From an uncultured bacterium (GTDB lineage: Bacteria; Oederibacteriota; JAAXVQ01; JAUVAV01), in assembly GCA_963710755.1 (NCBI GenBank), contig CAVQBK010000003.1, forward strand, positions 32,001 to 96,000: DNA of 64,000 nt, written 5' to 3'. The notes under the pieces are model-generated. The model saw nothing but the letters and a program-made list of their open reading frames with translations. It did no database searches and was not told the DNA's origin. The translations under genes and the position numbers were made by a program. Positions 19,629-30,250 of this stretch are shown one piece after another; positions within the stretch are counted from its first letter, which is position 1, and every line of letters begins with the position of its first letter.

Positions 19629-21851
19629 TTAGTTTAGCACATCCTTAAAATCAATGTCTTCTGTTCCTAGAATAATCAGGGTATCAGGAAAATCCTTTAT
19701 GCAGCTCATAAAATTAATATAGTAATCAGCGTAATCCTCCACGGCTTCTTCCGCCTGGGGCGGCCGCAGGCCCATAAAAATAAGGTCCGCCTCTTGGGAG
19801 TGGTTTTTGATGCGGCTGGTAATATGCTCCTGGCCGATGGGATCGACTATCACTTCACTGGTGGCCTTGATGCGCGACGTTTTAAAATATCCGTCCATAT
19901 AGTCCTGAATGGGCGCCAGGGCCTCTTCTGATTCAACCAACGTTTTGATGATCAGTTCCGAGTTTGCCCATTCCCGGCTGTTCTGCAGCATATGCCCCAG
20001 GGTCAACATGAATTCCGCATTATGCTGCTGACCGCGCCACCAGCAAATGATACGCTTGTGTTCATGGGAAAAAGGCAGGCTTTCATCACCCTCGTGAAAG
20101 ATCAGGATATTGCGCCTGGCCAGATGAATCTGGCGGATCAACTCTGCAAAGGGTACCAGATTTTCCGTCCGTTGAATTTCGCCGAATAAAAAGGTGTTGG
20201 GTGCCAAGGGCCCCATGCCATAGGTTTTGATTAATTCGCGGGCACCGGTCATGAATTGATCGGCAAAATTGACCTCCACCAAGGCCTGCACCTTACGGTC
20301 TTTTAAAAAGGCATAAATAGAATCTTCCATGCTTTCAATTTTGTCCTTGGCCATCTCCGCCTTTTGCACAATGGCGGCCACCGTAAAAAAACCCTTGCCC
20401 TGAGTCAGGGCATTCCCCAATTGAATCAGGTGCCAGCGCTGGCTGGGGGCACCGCTGAGCACAAACAGATTGGGACGCCAGGACTTGGCATTGGGCCGGT
20501 GTTTGGCCAGGTGATAAATGGAAAAACGGGCCAGGGTCATAAGTAGGCCATGGCGCATGTCCGCCCAGCCAGTGCCCAATTGCCAGCGGGAAATCCAGAA
20601 ATACAGGCCTATTACAATAATGACCGCCACCATGGTGGCACCGGCATTGATCATCAGCATGGCCGCCAGGCATAAGCCCGCCCCTAAAATAGAAATCCAC
20701 CAGGGTGGTTTCAAAGACGGACGCCACGAGGGATTGCCCATGATGCCTTCCACCCCGGCAATAAGATTAAGCGCACCATAGGCTGCCAGGAAAAACATGG
20801 ATAATACAGGGGCTATGGAATTAAGATCGCCGAAATAAATGGCGGCCAGAGCAATGGCAAAGGACAACAAAATGGCCAGACGCGGCTCAGCCGAAGGTCC
20901 AAAACTTTTGCCCAGCACCCGCGGCACCACCCGGTCCTGGGCCAAGGCCTGCAGCGTTCTGGGGGCGGCCAGAATGGAACTCAGCGCTGACGACAGGGTG
21001 GCTCCCCAAATGCCAAGCAGAATCAATTCCCGCACCAGGGCCACCCGGTAAATGATCATGGGGTCCTGCTGCAGAATTTGCCTGGGCACGATGAAATTCA
21101 GAAAAAAGGCAATGGCCAAATAGATGACGTAACCGGTCGCCACAGAGGCCAAGGTGCCCAGGGGCAGGGCTCGGGCCGGATTCTTCAAGTCTCCTGACAT
21201 GGACAGGCCCGATAAAATACCGGTCACAGCTGGAAAGAAAACCGCGAAAACCTTCCAAAACCCGACCGTGGCCAGTACCCGCGCTGGTTGCGGCTCAAAA
21301 GGCATGGGCTTGAGTGTTCCTAAAAACAAGGACCCCAAGGAACCTAAAATCAAGATAAAGATCAGCAATTGGGTTTTAAGCACAATGGTGGTGGAGAGAT
21401 AGGCCAGCACCACCATGATCACCAAGGTGGTCATGGCCAGCTGCATCAGTGAAATTCCCGGGAAAAAGCGGCCAATGGATTCGGAAAACCCGGCCAGATA
21501 AAAGGCAATGCCCACCACCTGCGCCAAAAACAAAGGCAACCCCACCGCAGCGCCGGCTTCCACGCCAAAAGAACGGGAAACCATATAATAAGCACCCCCG
21601 GTCTTGACCCGCATATTGGTGGCAATGGCGGAAATGGACAATCCGGTGATAAAGGTGATGATCGAGGCCAAAGTAATTATCAGGAGTGTATGCGCCAGCC
21701 CGGCCTGGCCAACCACCCAGCCCATGCGCAGGTACATAATCACGCCCAGGATGGTCAGGGTGCTGGGCAGATAAACGCCAAAAAAAGTGCCGTATTTTTT
21801 AGCCGGGCTTTTACCGGTCCCTTGACCTGCAGCTTCGATTTTATCGGTCAT
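19629..21851 (-). CDS. Prokaryotic cation-chloride cotransporter (SLC12-like APC permease)
   Basis: GVY.PS.LTILGVIMYLR.GWVVG.AG, SAIATN.RV..GGAYYM.SRS.G, FFPAVTGI..G.SMSGDLK.P, WRP, plus a cytoplasmic C-terminal domain. Confidence 0.9.
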   Translation of the reverse strand: MTDKIEAAGQGTGKSPAKKYGTFFGVYLPSTLTILGVIMYLRMGWVVGQAGLAHTLLIITLASIITFITGLSISAIATNMRVKTGGAYYMVSRSFGVEAGAAVGLPLFLAQVVGIAFYLAGFSESIGRFFPGISLMQLAMTTLVIMVVLAYLSTTIVLKTQLLIFILILGSLGSLFLGTLKPMPFEPQPARVLATVGFWKVFAVFFPAVTGILSGLSMSGDLKNPARALPLGTLASVATGYVIYLAIAFFLNFIVPRQILQQDPMIIYRVALVRELILLGIWGATLSSALSSILAAPRTLQALAQDRVVPRVLGKSFGPSAEPRLAILLSFAIALAAIYFGDLNSIAPVLSMFFLAAYGALNLIAGVEGIMGNPSWRPSLKPPWWISILGAGLCLAAMLMINAGATMVAVIIVIGLYFWISRWQLGTGWADMRHGLLMTLARFSIYHLAKHRPNAKSWRPNLFVLSGAPSQRWHLIQLGNALTQGKGFFTVAAIVQKAEMAKDKIESMEDSIYAFLKDRKVQALVEVNFADQFMTGARELIKTYGMGPLAPNTFLFGEIQRTENLVPFAELIRQIHLARRNILIFHEGDESLPFSHEHKRIICWWRGQQHNAEFMLTLGHMLQNSREWANSELIIKTLVESEEALAPIQDYMDGYFKTSRIKATSEVIVDPIGQEHITSRIKNHSQEADLIFMGLRPPQAEEAVEDYADYYINFMSCIKDFPDTLIILGTEDIDFKDVLN

Positions 21852-21957
21852 TGTGCATGCCCCTTGGCCGGCGTTTGATAACCATAGTTACGGCAGGAAG
21901 GATAAATCAGCTTACCATCCCAAGTCATGCGCCTTGACGATCAAGCCGGACTGGAGC

Positions 21958-22950
21958 TTAAGCAATCAACCCAACCTTGCGGTGCACCTTGGCTAACATT
22001 TTTTCCGCTTCCACCTGCGCGGCTTGGGCGCCCTGGCGGACGACCTGTTGCAGGTAAGCTTTATCGTGAATAAGTTTTTGGTAGGTTTCCTGGATGGGAG
22101 TTAAAAAGGCAATCACCGCCTCGGCGCATTTTTGTTTAAAGGCGCCATAGCCCTGGCCTCGAAAATCCTGCTCAATGGACTCCAGGGGCTGATGGGTGAC
22201 CATGCTGTAGATAGTCATGAGGTTGGAAATGCCCGCTTTTTGTGCTTCGTCATAACGGACCTCAGTCTCCAGATCAGTGACAGCTTTTTTAAACTTCTTC
22301 TCAATGACCTTGGGATCGTCGAGCAAGGCAATATAACCCTGGGGATTGGGATCGGATTTGGACATCTTGGCCCCCGGATCCTGGAGACTCATGATACGGG
22401 CGCCGACAGGCGGAATGTAGGGTTCAGGCACCACAAAGGTCTCGCCATGATAGTGGTTGAAACGCTCGGCTAAGTTGCGGGCCAATTCCAAATGCTGTTT
22501 TTGATCGGCCCCCACGGGCACCAGATTGGTGCTGTAAAGCAGAATGTCCGCGGCCATTAGCACCGGGTAATCAAAAAGCCCTACATTGATATTCTTTTCG
22601 TGCTTAGCCGACTTGTCCTTGAACTGGGTCATGCGGCTGAGCTCACCCATATAGGTGTAACAATTGAGAATCCAACTGAGCTGGGCATGGGCCGGCACAT
22701 GGGATTGCACAAAAAGCGTACATTTGGCCGGGTCCAGACCGCAGGCAATGTATTGGGCGATAAAGGAAAAGCACCTCTCCTGGAGGGCTTGGGGCTCCTG
22801 TTTTACGGTGATGGCATGCAGGTCCACCAAGGTAAAGTAGCATTGGTACTGGTCCATCAACTCAATCCAATTTTTTATGGCCCCGATATAATTGCCGATC
22901 ATCAAGTTTCCCGAAGGCTGAATACCGCTGAACAAGACTTTTTGTTCCAT
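21958..22950 (-). CDS. trpS: Tryptophan--tRNA ligase
   Basis: SGIQPSG.L.IGNY.GA, YPVLMAADILLY, VPVG.DQKQH, KMSKS. Confidence 0.97.
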   Translation of the reverse strand: MEQKVLFSGIQPSGNLMIGNYIGAIKNWIELMDQYQCYFTLVDLHAITVKQEPQALQERCFSFIAQYIACGLDPAKCTLFVQSHVPAHAQLSWILNCYTYMGELSRMTQFKDKSAKHEKNINVGLFDYPVLMAADILLYSTNLVPVGADQKQHLELARNLAERFNHYHGETFVVPEPYIPPVGARIMSLQDPGAKMSKSDPNPQGYIALLDDPKVIEKKFKKAVTDLETEVRYDEAQKAGISNLMTIYSMVTHQPLESIEQDFRGQGYGAFKQKCAEAVIAFLTPIQETYQKLIHDKAYLQQVVRQGAQAAQVEAEKMLAKVHRKVGLIA

Positions 22951-23046
22951 AGAACCTCGCATGTATCAAGACACTGGTGCCGTGGCGTAGAAAACGTTGG
23001 CCATTATACATTAAACCGCACAATTATCAAGAATGGATAAGGCCAT

Positions 23047-23087
23047 AAAAAAGCCCCGGACCCGGTTATCCAGGCCGAGGCTTTTTT
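23047..23087 (-). terminator. Rho-independent terminator (possibly bidirectional)
   Basis: AAAAAAGCCCCGG...CCGAGGCTTTTTT just after the 1967-aa gene. Confidence 0.75.
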
Positions 23088-23098
23088 ATGGCTGTCTT

Positions 23099-26000
23099 TT
23101 ACTTGATAATGGCAATCTTCTTGATCTTGTTAATCATGATGTCACCATGATCATTTTCAACGACGATTCGCGCCAAATAAATACCTGGCGCCACCTGCCG
23201 GGCATCCCACCGTGCTTCTCCGGTTTGACCGGAACCTCCGCTTTGATCCTTTTCAATCCTGGCTACCAGGTCACCGGTGATTTTGTAAACATAGATCTGG
23301 ACCCGGCCGGTTTCGTTCATTTCAAAGAGGAATTTGACCGTGTCCCTGGCAGGATTGGGATAAACCAGCACCTTGTCGCCTTTCCAAAGCTTGGAGTAAT
23401 CCATGGTGGGCGTGACCGTTGCTGTGGGCGTGGCATCATTTACGGGGGTAACAGTGGGAACAACACCGGCCAATTGGCCTGACAACTTGCCTGGGATAGT
23501 GCTGTTAGCCGACATGCGTGCCGCCGCTGCCTGAACCACCCCGGTGCCCAGGCTAATATTATCAATATAAAAGGTGCCGCTGCCCGCCAAACCCGCCTGC
23601 GGGAAGAACATGATCTGATTGACTTTGGTCTTGTCGCAAGCGCCCCAATTAAGGGTGGAATAGTCGATCACCTTGGTCTCCCATAAACTCGCTTCCGTGC
23701 TGGTGAAATCCAATTCACCGGAGGGTTGATTATTGATGTCGATGAATTTCATTCTAAAGGTCACCTGGCCTTTAATGTTCATGGCCAGTTTGGTGTCGAC
23801 CGAAAAGTCATGCAGATTGCCGCTGGCCATTAAATTACCGGCCGTGATGTTGGCCCAAATTTCAGATTCAGGCTTGTTATAGGTCACCATCAGGCAATTG
23901 CCGTCACTGTTGGGCACGGTACCGGTGGTGGTAAAGGCAAAGATATTGCTGCCGCTGCCGCTCCACTGGGCATCTCTGCGGCCAGGTTCATCGCCGGGCT
24001 GCCCGTCATTTTCAAAATCATCAATCAAGTTGGCTGCAACCTGGTAATCCCCCAGCCTGAGATCATCGAGATAAAAGCTTCCTGATCCGCGCCGTCCTGG
24101 TTGCGGAATCAGCACCAGACTTCGGATTTGGGAAGCGTTGCAACTGAGCCAATTGACAGCACTGTAGTCAAAAGTGATCACACGCCAAGTGTCGGGATTT
24201 TGGACACTGATGGTCTGAATATCTCCGGACTGTTGATCATTGAAATCCTTGAACTTGAGCAACAGATCCACCGTCCCCAGGACGCGCATGCTGATTTTAG
24301 TGGTGGTGGAAAAATTAGTCTGGTCTCCCCGTTCAAGATACATTTTATTTTCCAAACTGGACCAATCATCATTGGGTTTGTTGTAGTCCACCTTCAACAA
24401 GCTGGTATTGTTGCCCTTGACATTCTCCACCAAGGCGGCTGTGATCGGTCCGTTAGCTTGCTGCCATTCACTGTCGTTTTCATTCATGGCATTGTCCAGG
24501 CTGTGGTCATTGTCAAAGTTGTCGATCACAGGATCGGTGTTGACACCAGGCGTAGGGGTGGCTGTGAGCAGGTTAAGATCACCGATACTGGCAATCACAC
24601 CATCCAAGGCTCCGCCACCGTAAATTTTCTGAAAGGCCTGGGAGGAAACAGGGTAATCGGACGACGCCGTATTGCCGCCCAGAATTAAGTCACCCCGCTG
24701 ATTGAAGCTAATACCCAGATGCTGATGGCTGCCGCTTTCATCGGCCGAACCTCCAATGCGCTTGCCCCAGCGTATCTGTCCCTCTCTGGTGAGGTTGAGT
24801 ACAAACAAATCACTGTCATTGACGGAGTGCCCGGCCTCCGGGAAGTTGGCAGATTTCGTGGTGCCGTAAATCCATAGGTCATGATCATTGCCAAGAGCAA
24901 TCGCCTTACATTGATCCTCACCATCACCGCCCAGAAAACGGGTATAGGCAATAGTATAGGTAGCATTGTCAGCACCAGGAACGATCTTGACCAGAATGCC
25001 GTCTTTGACCCCGGCAAAGCTGGCTTGACCAGGAGTGTTAATCATGGGGAAATCGGGTTCATAAGTGTACCCTGTTGCGTATATCGTGCCGTCGTCATCA
25101 ATGGCCAAGCCGGTGAAGGCCGTATCGAGGTGATCGTTTTCAGGACCGAGGTAGGTACTGAATTCAAAATGAGAACCGTCTGCGCTGAGCACCGCGAAGG
25201 TGGCATCTCCGCCCCCACTGTTGGGATAGGGCACATTATTAACATCGTCCCAATAGTTGCCCGCCATGGGGAAGTTGGTCGATTGGGTCCCATTGGCCAG
25301 GTAAACCTTGCCTTGTTTGACGGCCAGAAAGGCAACTGGTTCCCACCAGTTGCCGCCTACATAGGTGGAATAAACCGGTCTGTTGGCGCCAATATCGAAT
25401 TTGGTTACGAACCCGTCACCATAGCCTCCAAACTGAGTTTGAGCCGCACCAGCGGTGACAGGAAAACTACCGTGGGTGAATCCACCTATATAAACCACAT
25501 CAGGTTCTTCCATATCCAAGCAGAAACCATAATCCCAATTGGGGCCTCCGAGAAAGGTGCTGTACAGCAACCGGCTGCCAGTGGGGTCCAACTTGGCCAG
25601 ATAAGCGTCCCGCGGGGAGTAGGCGCCATGGATGGTGGTATTGTAGGCGCCTGCTGTCACAGGAAAATCAGGTGACCAGGTAGCACCGGTCAAGTAAATA
25701 TTGCCCTGGTGGTCGAGCTTGATGCCCATAATGCTATCCTGGCTGCTGCCCCCCAAATAAGTACAGTATTGCAGGTCCAGCGTTTGACCATTGTCACGGA
25801 AGATGGCCAAAAATCCGTCCACGCGGTTGGGCTCCGTGCCGTTATTGTGCTTGTCCAGGGCATTGCTGGTAATGGGTAAGTCGGTAGAAGTGGTTTCACC
25901 CACCACGTAGAGTTTGTCTCCTTGCATCAGCATATCATTGATCGTATCCTTGCCCGACCCGCCGAAGAAGGTATTATACTTGAGGCCACCAGGGGTGCAG

Positions 26001-29000
26001 GAAGGCGTCGCGGTCGGCGTAGGGGTGGCTGTCCTGGTCATGGTCGGCGTAGGTGACGGGGTGGGCGTCGCTGCATTGGTCTTATCCATTTCAATATCAT
26101 CAAGTTGCAGTGTGCCCTGTCCCGTTTGTCCGGGCTTGATGAAAAAGAGAATGTCCTTGATCTCCCTGGGGTTGCACTCGCCCCAGTCGATATGTTGAAG
26201 ATCCCAGGTTACGGTTTGCCAAGAATCAGGGGCATTGATGGTGAGGATGCCCGAGTCCGGTGATTCTTTGCCATAACGATCCCGGAATTTAAGCAGCACT
26301 GTGGTTTGTCCATGCGCCCGAAAGCGAAACTGATCATAACCCATCACATAGCTAAGATTGGCAGGGTTGGTCAAATCACCGAGCACCACGTAATCCCACT
26401 CGCTGCCAGCGCCCTTGTTAAAGTCGATTCTCAAGAGGGGGCTGGTGTTGCCGGCGATATAGTTTTCCGTGGTCATGGCATAGGTTTGCGGGCTGGGGCT
26501 CCACCATTGGCCGTCACGCTGATCAGGGGTATCATTTAAACGGGCATCTTGATCAAAATTATCGATCAAGCTTTTATTGAAGCCCATTTGTTGTTTGGCT
26601 TCTGTGATGGGAGCGTAGGCATTGGTACTGGCCCAAATGAAACCAGTCCGGTAATTTTCAATGCCCATCACCATGGACCCAAGGTCGATCCCAATTACAT
26701 CGGGACCCACCCAACCCTGCCCGCTCCTGGCTTGGGCATCCAGGCTTTGAGGGGCGTCCAGATTATACCCATCGGCAAAACCAAAGCGCCCCCACAGAAA
26801 GTGCTTATATTGAAAATACATCTTGCGCAAGGTGGCAATGGACTGCTCGGGATAAAAAGGTATAGCCGCGGCCACGATGCTGGGATTGACCGTGCCATCG
26901 TTGCTGCCGGCCTGAGGTTTGTACTCACGGTAGCTAAAGGTTGACCCGGGCGCACCGGGCACAGGGCCATCCCCAGAGGTCAGCCCCCAGCCGCCCTGGG
27001 CATAGGTTGGGTGGCTGCTGTTGGCCTGGCAAAAAAGCCGGTTGGCTGCTGCCGCCTGCTGGCTGTTGAGAAAATAATCATTTTTGGCATCACTGCTTTG
27101 GCGCAGGTCGATGAAACTTTGAGGATAGATCTGGCGAAAGAGCGGCGGTGCATCCTGCTTGTCCGTCATATAAACCTGATTAAACTCCTGGCGCCAGACC
27201 TGCGCTTGATGCCACCAGGCTGCCGGTGAAACCGGATGGGAAGCACCGGTGCCCATCAAATAAATCAGGGCGCCTTCATTATATCCGTCCCAGGTCCATG
27301 GTTCAAATCCGCTTTCAGGGTTCCAGTGCATGGCCACCATGCCCTGCGCTTGCTGGTTGGTAAACCAGGGCCAGTTGACCCGGTCTAAAATAGTCGCGCT
27401 ATCCTGCTGTATGGACGCGGAAGTGAACGCCTGCCTCACCGTAGCTACGCCGGCCAACAGGATGGCCGAATCAATGGAAGACAATTCCGAGTCTGCGGAC
27501 CGCTGTCCGGTTTGGATGTCCAAAAAGTGAAAGAAAAATCCCTCCTTGTGGACCAGACCTGTTTCCTGGCCGGTGGTAAAAGGCGCCGCCTGTGCAAGGG
27601 TGCGTAAGATGGTGGTGACCTGTTCCTCCGCCGCGCTTGGCGGGATCCAGCCCCGTGACATACCGGCCGCCAGGGCGCCCAAGCCAAATCCCACAGCCGC
27701 CGTGCTGGCGTTGCTCCAGTAACCGTCAAACTGGTTGTGAAGCCGGTCGCTGACCAGCCCATTGGCCGGGTTAACACCGCTGCGTTCATTATCCTGAGGT
27801 ATAAAATAAGACAGGCTTTTTCGTTCCACAAAATCCAGGAAGGCCTCGTTGCTGACATTAAGCGCGTCCACCTCAATCGCATTGATCATGGCCGCACCCA
27901 CACTGACATGAGGGAAACTGATGTCCAGGGTCTCATGGTTGACTTGAAGGCCGGTTTGCACCTCATAAGGTGTCTGGAAACCGGCAGCCTGGAACACATC
28001 CAGATGCGAGGCTACCGGTTGCCCGTTGACCGCTACGTCAAACACGCGCTGTCCAGACTGATGGTAGGTATTCTCCTGGAAATAAAGTCTGACCTGGTAA
28101 GCTCCATTGGGCAGGTTAAAACGATAATGCATTTGTTCATGGCCCTCGCGCCAGGTGACCATTCGGTTATGATCCGGCTCGGTGCTTTCCACGGTTTTAA
28201 CCGTGCCGTTCTCATAGCCCCACCGGTTTTGGGAGGCAAAAGCCTCATCCGTCATCCAGAGCTTGCCTGTACTATCCACACTTTTGGTGCCGCCGCAATT
28301 GAGCCGGAACGCTTCCCCGCCGGTGGGATCAGCCGTGGTGTAGGCATCCATGGCGTCGGTCAAACTTGGCCCAGCAGTCACCTCAATCGCATTAATTTTG
28401 GGATTTTCAACGATGCTGCCGGTGGCAATAACAATGGTATTGCTGTAAGTGCCCTCGCCGGTCACCGTGACCTTGAAGGGTTTCACCACCGCCCGCAAGG
28501 CCCGGCCGCCGGTTTCTGCCATAATGTCAAAATGGGTCAAAACCTGATTGCCGTTGATGCTGACATTAAAAATGCGCCGGCCGATGCCCGTGCCACTTGA
28601 ATCTTGTACTCCAAAATACATTTCCGAAAAGAGCAGCTTGACATAATAAGTGCCCGGCCCGGGTACATCAACACGGTAAGCCGGCGCCTGGGTCCCGTTG
28701 CCCCAGCGTTCCTGCTGGTATAAAGGCCAGTCGAGAGTGTTTTCCAATTCATAACTGTCAAATTGGGCGGGATGATCCCCGGACAAGTACCCCCACTTAT
28801 ACTGGTTCTGGCTTTGAGCATAAGCCTGATCCGCCTGCCACACATAGCCGTGTGAATCCGTATAGGACTGGTCATGACCGCAGCGCACCCTTTGACTGAA
28901 TGACTCGGCTTGGACCGGTCCCAGCGTGGCGGCCAGCAGAAAAACCACTGGCCATAAATATCTAAAAAACGAAGCTAAAGCATGGCATGCAATTTTTAAC

Positions 29001-29002
29001 AT
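23099..29002 (-). CDS. Secreted multidomain glycoside hydrolase: 2x malectin, GH144-like catalytic domain, 3x CBM-like repeats, SBBP propeller, T9SS-type C-terminal domain
   Basis: Signal peptide; malectin motifs (LYQQERWG, F.E.Y..G.R.F.V.ING); GH144-like ELSSIDSAILLAG, W.GYNE, WGLTS.DGP, G..GF.D.YN, GID.G..IENYRTG; Thr-Pro linkers; SBBP repeats (TYLGGS..D, G.T.S.DFP.T); VYPNP...PGIY...KKIAIIK. Confidence 0.85.
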   Translation of the reverse strand: MLKIACHALASFFRYLWPVVFLLAATLGPVQAESFSQRVRCGHDQSYTDSHGYVWQADQAYAQSQNQYKWGYLSGDHPAQFDSYELENTLDWPLYQQERWGNGTQAPAYRVDVPGPGTYYVKLLFSEMYFGVQDSSGTGIGRRIFNVSINGNQVLTHFDIMAETGGRALRAVVKPFKVTVTGEGTYSNTIVIATGSIVENPKINAIEVTAGPSLTDAMDAYTTADPTGGEAFRLNCGGTKSVDSTGKLWMTDEAFASQNRWGYENGTVKTVESTEPDHNRMVTWREGHEQMHYRFNLPNGAYQVRLYFQENTYHQSGQRVFDVAVNGQPVASHLDVFQAAGFQTPYEVQTGLQVNHETLDISFPHVSVGAAMINAIEVDALNVSNEAFLDFVERKSLSYFIPQDNERSGVNPANGLVSDRLHNQFDGYWSNASTAAVGFGLGALAAGMSRGWIPPSAAEEQVTTILRTLAQAAPFTTGQETGLVHKEGFFFHFLDIQTGQRSADSELSSIDSAILLAGVATVRQAFTSASIQQDSATILDRVNWPWFTNQQAQGMVAMHWNPESGFEPWTWDGYNEGALIYLMGTGASHPVSPAAWWHQAQVWRQEFNQVYMTDKQDAPPLFRQIYPQSFIDLRQSSDAKNDYFLNSQQAAAANRLFCQANSSHPTYAQGGWGLTSGDGPVPGAPGSTFSYREYKPQAGSNDGTVNPSIVAAAIPFYPEQSIATLRKMYFQYKHFLWGRFGFADGYNLDAPQSLDAQARSGQGWVGPDVIGIDLGSMVMGIENYRTGFIWASTNAYAPITEAKQQMGFNKSLIDNFDQDARLNDTPDQRDGQWWSPSPQTYAMTTENYIAGNTSPLLRIDFNKGAGSEWDYVVLGDLTNPANLSYVMGYDQFRFRAHGQTTVLLKFRDRYGKESPDSGILTINAPDSWQTVTWDLQHIDWGECNPREIKDILFFIKPGQTGQGTLQLDDIEMDKTNAATPTPSPTPTMTRTATPTPTATPSCTPGGLKYNTFFGGSGKDTINDMLMQGDKLYVVGETTSTDLPITSNALDKHNNGTEPNRVDGFLAIFRDNGQTLDLQYCTYLGGSSQDSIMGIKLDHQGNIYLTGATWSPDFPVTAGAYNTTIHGAYSPRDAYLAKLDPTGSRLLYSTFLGGPNWDYGFCLDMEEPDVVYIGGFTHGSFPVTAGAAQTQFGGYGDGFVTKFDIGANRPVYSTYVGGNWWEPVAFLAVKQGKVYLANGTQSTNFPMAGNYWDDVNNVPYPNSGGGDATFAVLSADGSHFEFSTYLGPENDHLDTAFTGLAIDDDGTIYATGYTYEPDFPMINTPGQASFAGVKDGILVKIVPGADNATYTIAYTRFLGGDGEDQCKAIALGNDHDLWIYGTTKSANFPEAGHSVNDSDLFVLNLTREGQIRWGKRIGGSADESGSHQHLGISFNQRGDLILGGNTASSDYPVSSQAFQKIYGGGALDGVIASIGDLNLLTATPTPGVNTDPVIDNFDNDHSLDNAMNENDSEWQQANGPITAALVENVKGNNTSLLKVDYNKPNDDWSSLENKMYLERGDQTNFSTTTKISMRVLGTVDLLLKFKDFNDQQSGDIQTISVQNPDTWRVITFDYSAVNWLSCNASQIRSLVLIPQPGRRGSGSFYLDDLRLGDYQVAANLIDDFENDGQPGDEPGRRDAQWSGSGSNIFAFTTTGTVPNSDGNCLMVTYNKPESEIWANITAGNLMASGNLHDFSVDTKLAMNIKGQVTFRMKFIDINNQPSGELDFTSTEASLWETKVIDYSTLNWGACDKTKVNQIMFFPQAGLAGSGTFYIDNISLGTGVVQAAAARMSANSTIPGKLSGQLAGVVPTVTPVNDATPTATVTPTMDYSKLWKGDKVLVYPNPARDTVKFLFEMNETGRVQIYVYKITGDLVARIEKDQSGGSGQTGEARWDARQVAPGIYLARIVVENDHGDIMINKIKKIAIIK

Positions 29003-29091
29003 TGTCTTCCCTCCTGATTAAACGTGATTAAAGGTGTTCGGTTCACCGCAAGGCCGGTGTAAAAAGGTAACTGTCCCTTTGCAAATGACTG

Positions 29092-30042
29092 CTAGAAATT
29101 TAAAGATAAGGCCATTTGGTGGGTTAAGCCCAATTCCCCAAAGCTGACCAGGGCGTAATCAATCTGAATAAGTCCATAGGCCAAACCGGCGCCCACGGTA
29201 AGCCCGGTTGTGTCATCGAGCCCGCCTTTATCGGACAATTTATAGCCGGCCCGCAGGGCGAGGAGATGGTTGTACCAATACTCGGTTCCCATTTTTACGG
29301 CCACTGGTCGCACCTCGCCCAGAGGTACATCGAGGTCCACATCCACCAACCATTGGTCTTTTTCTGTTATTTTCACAGGCAGGGTATAAGCCGCGGCCAC
29401 CACCGCTTTTAAGGGCAGGTTAAAGTCCGCGATGGGCGTGCCCACATTTTTAATGACCACGGCCGCAGTCAATCCCATCAGGCCAGGTTGCATAAGTACG
29501 CCCACATCCCCTGCCAAGGTGGAATAGGTGACCGTATCAATGGTTTGTTGGAAATATTTCACCGTAAGACCGGCGGAAAGAAAAGACAGGACACCATGGC
29601 TAAAAGAGCCTGCCACCAGCAGGTCAAAAGGCGAAAATGATCCTAATGCTTCCGGCTGGCCATTGCTGTCTATCCCCAATTTGTCTATACTGCCATAGTT
29701 CAAATAAGCGGCTGACAATCCCACGGCTTGCTGCTTACCGGTTTTATATACTGCCCCGGCATACTCAATGGCTGTTTGTTCCAGATAAAAGGCATGCAAC
29801 ATTCCTGCTTGGCTTTGTGAACAAAAGGCCAGGCCAGCGGGATTATATAAGGTAGCATGATAATCATTGGCCACGGCTGTAAAGGCTTCGGCCATGCCTG
29901 CGGGCCTGGCCCCCAGGCCAACAGCTAATAAAGGTCCGGCCACTTTTCCTGCTGCATAATCCTGCTGCTCTGCAGCCAGCCACTGTGGTATGGCCAGCAT
30001 TAGTACGACCGCCGCCAATGCTGTTAATTGTTCTTTTTTCAT
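29092..30042 (-). CDS. PorV/PorQ-family (UPF0164) outer-membrane beta-barrel
   Basis: GARPAGMAEAFTAVAND...YNPAGL, G.EYWY...LALRAGY, DYA...FG.LG.TH..L...F terminus. Confidence 0.85.
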   Translation of the reverse strand: MKKEQLTALAAVVLMLAIPQWLAAEQQDYAAGKVAGPLLAVGLGARPAGMAEAFTAVANDYHATLYNPAGLAFCSQSQAGMLHAFYLEQTAIEYAGAVYKTGKQQAVGLSAAYLNYGSIDKLGIDSNGQPEALGSFSPFDLLVAGSFSHGVLSFLSAGLTVKYFQQTIDTVTYSTLAGDVGVLMQPGLMGLTAAVVIKNVGTPIADFNLPLKAVVAAAYTLPVKITEKDQWLVDVDLDVPLGEVRPVAVKMGTEYWYNHLLALRAGYKLSDKGGLDDTTGLTVGAGLAYGLIQIDYALVSFGELGLTHQMALSLNF

Positions 30043-30171
30043 GTCCTCCCCCTTAGTCTTGATGACGCTACTTTCTATAAGAGGGTTTGGGGCAGAATCT
30101 TTTTACATTTTTTTTAAATTTATTTTTTAACAGCCTTATCCCTTTTCCCTTCGGTCGGCTCTTTTGTCAGC

Positions 30172-30200
30172 TTGACCGCCCCCCGCTGGCCATGGATAAT
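30172..30200 (+). promoter_or_regulatory. Putative sigma70 promoter
   Basis: TTGACC-N17-GATAAT with an extended TG. Confidence 0.45.
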
Positions 30201-30250
30201 GATCCACCTTCAATCATTGGGGATTGGCATTGATTAGTAAAGGAACACCC

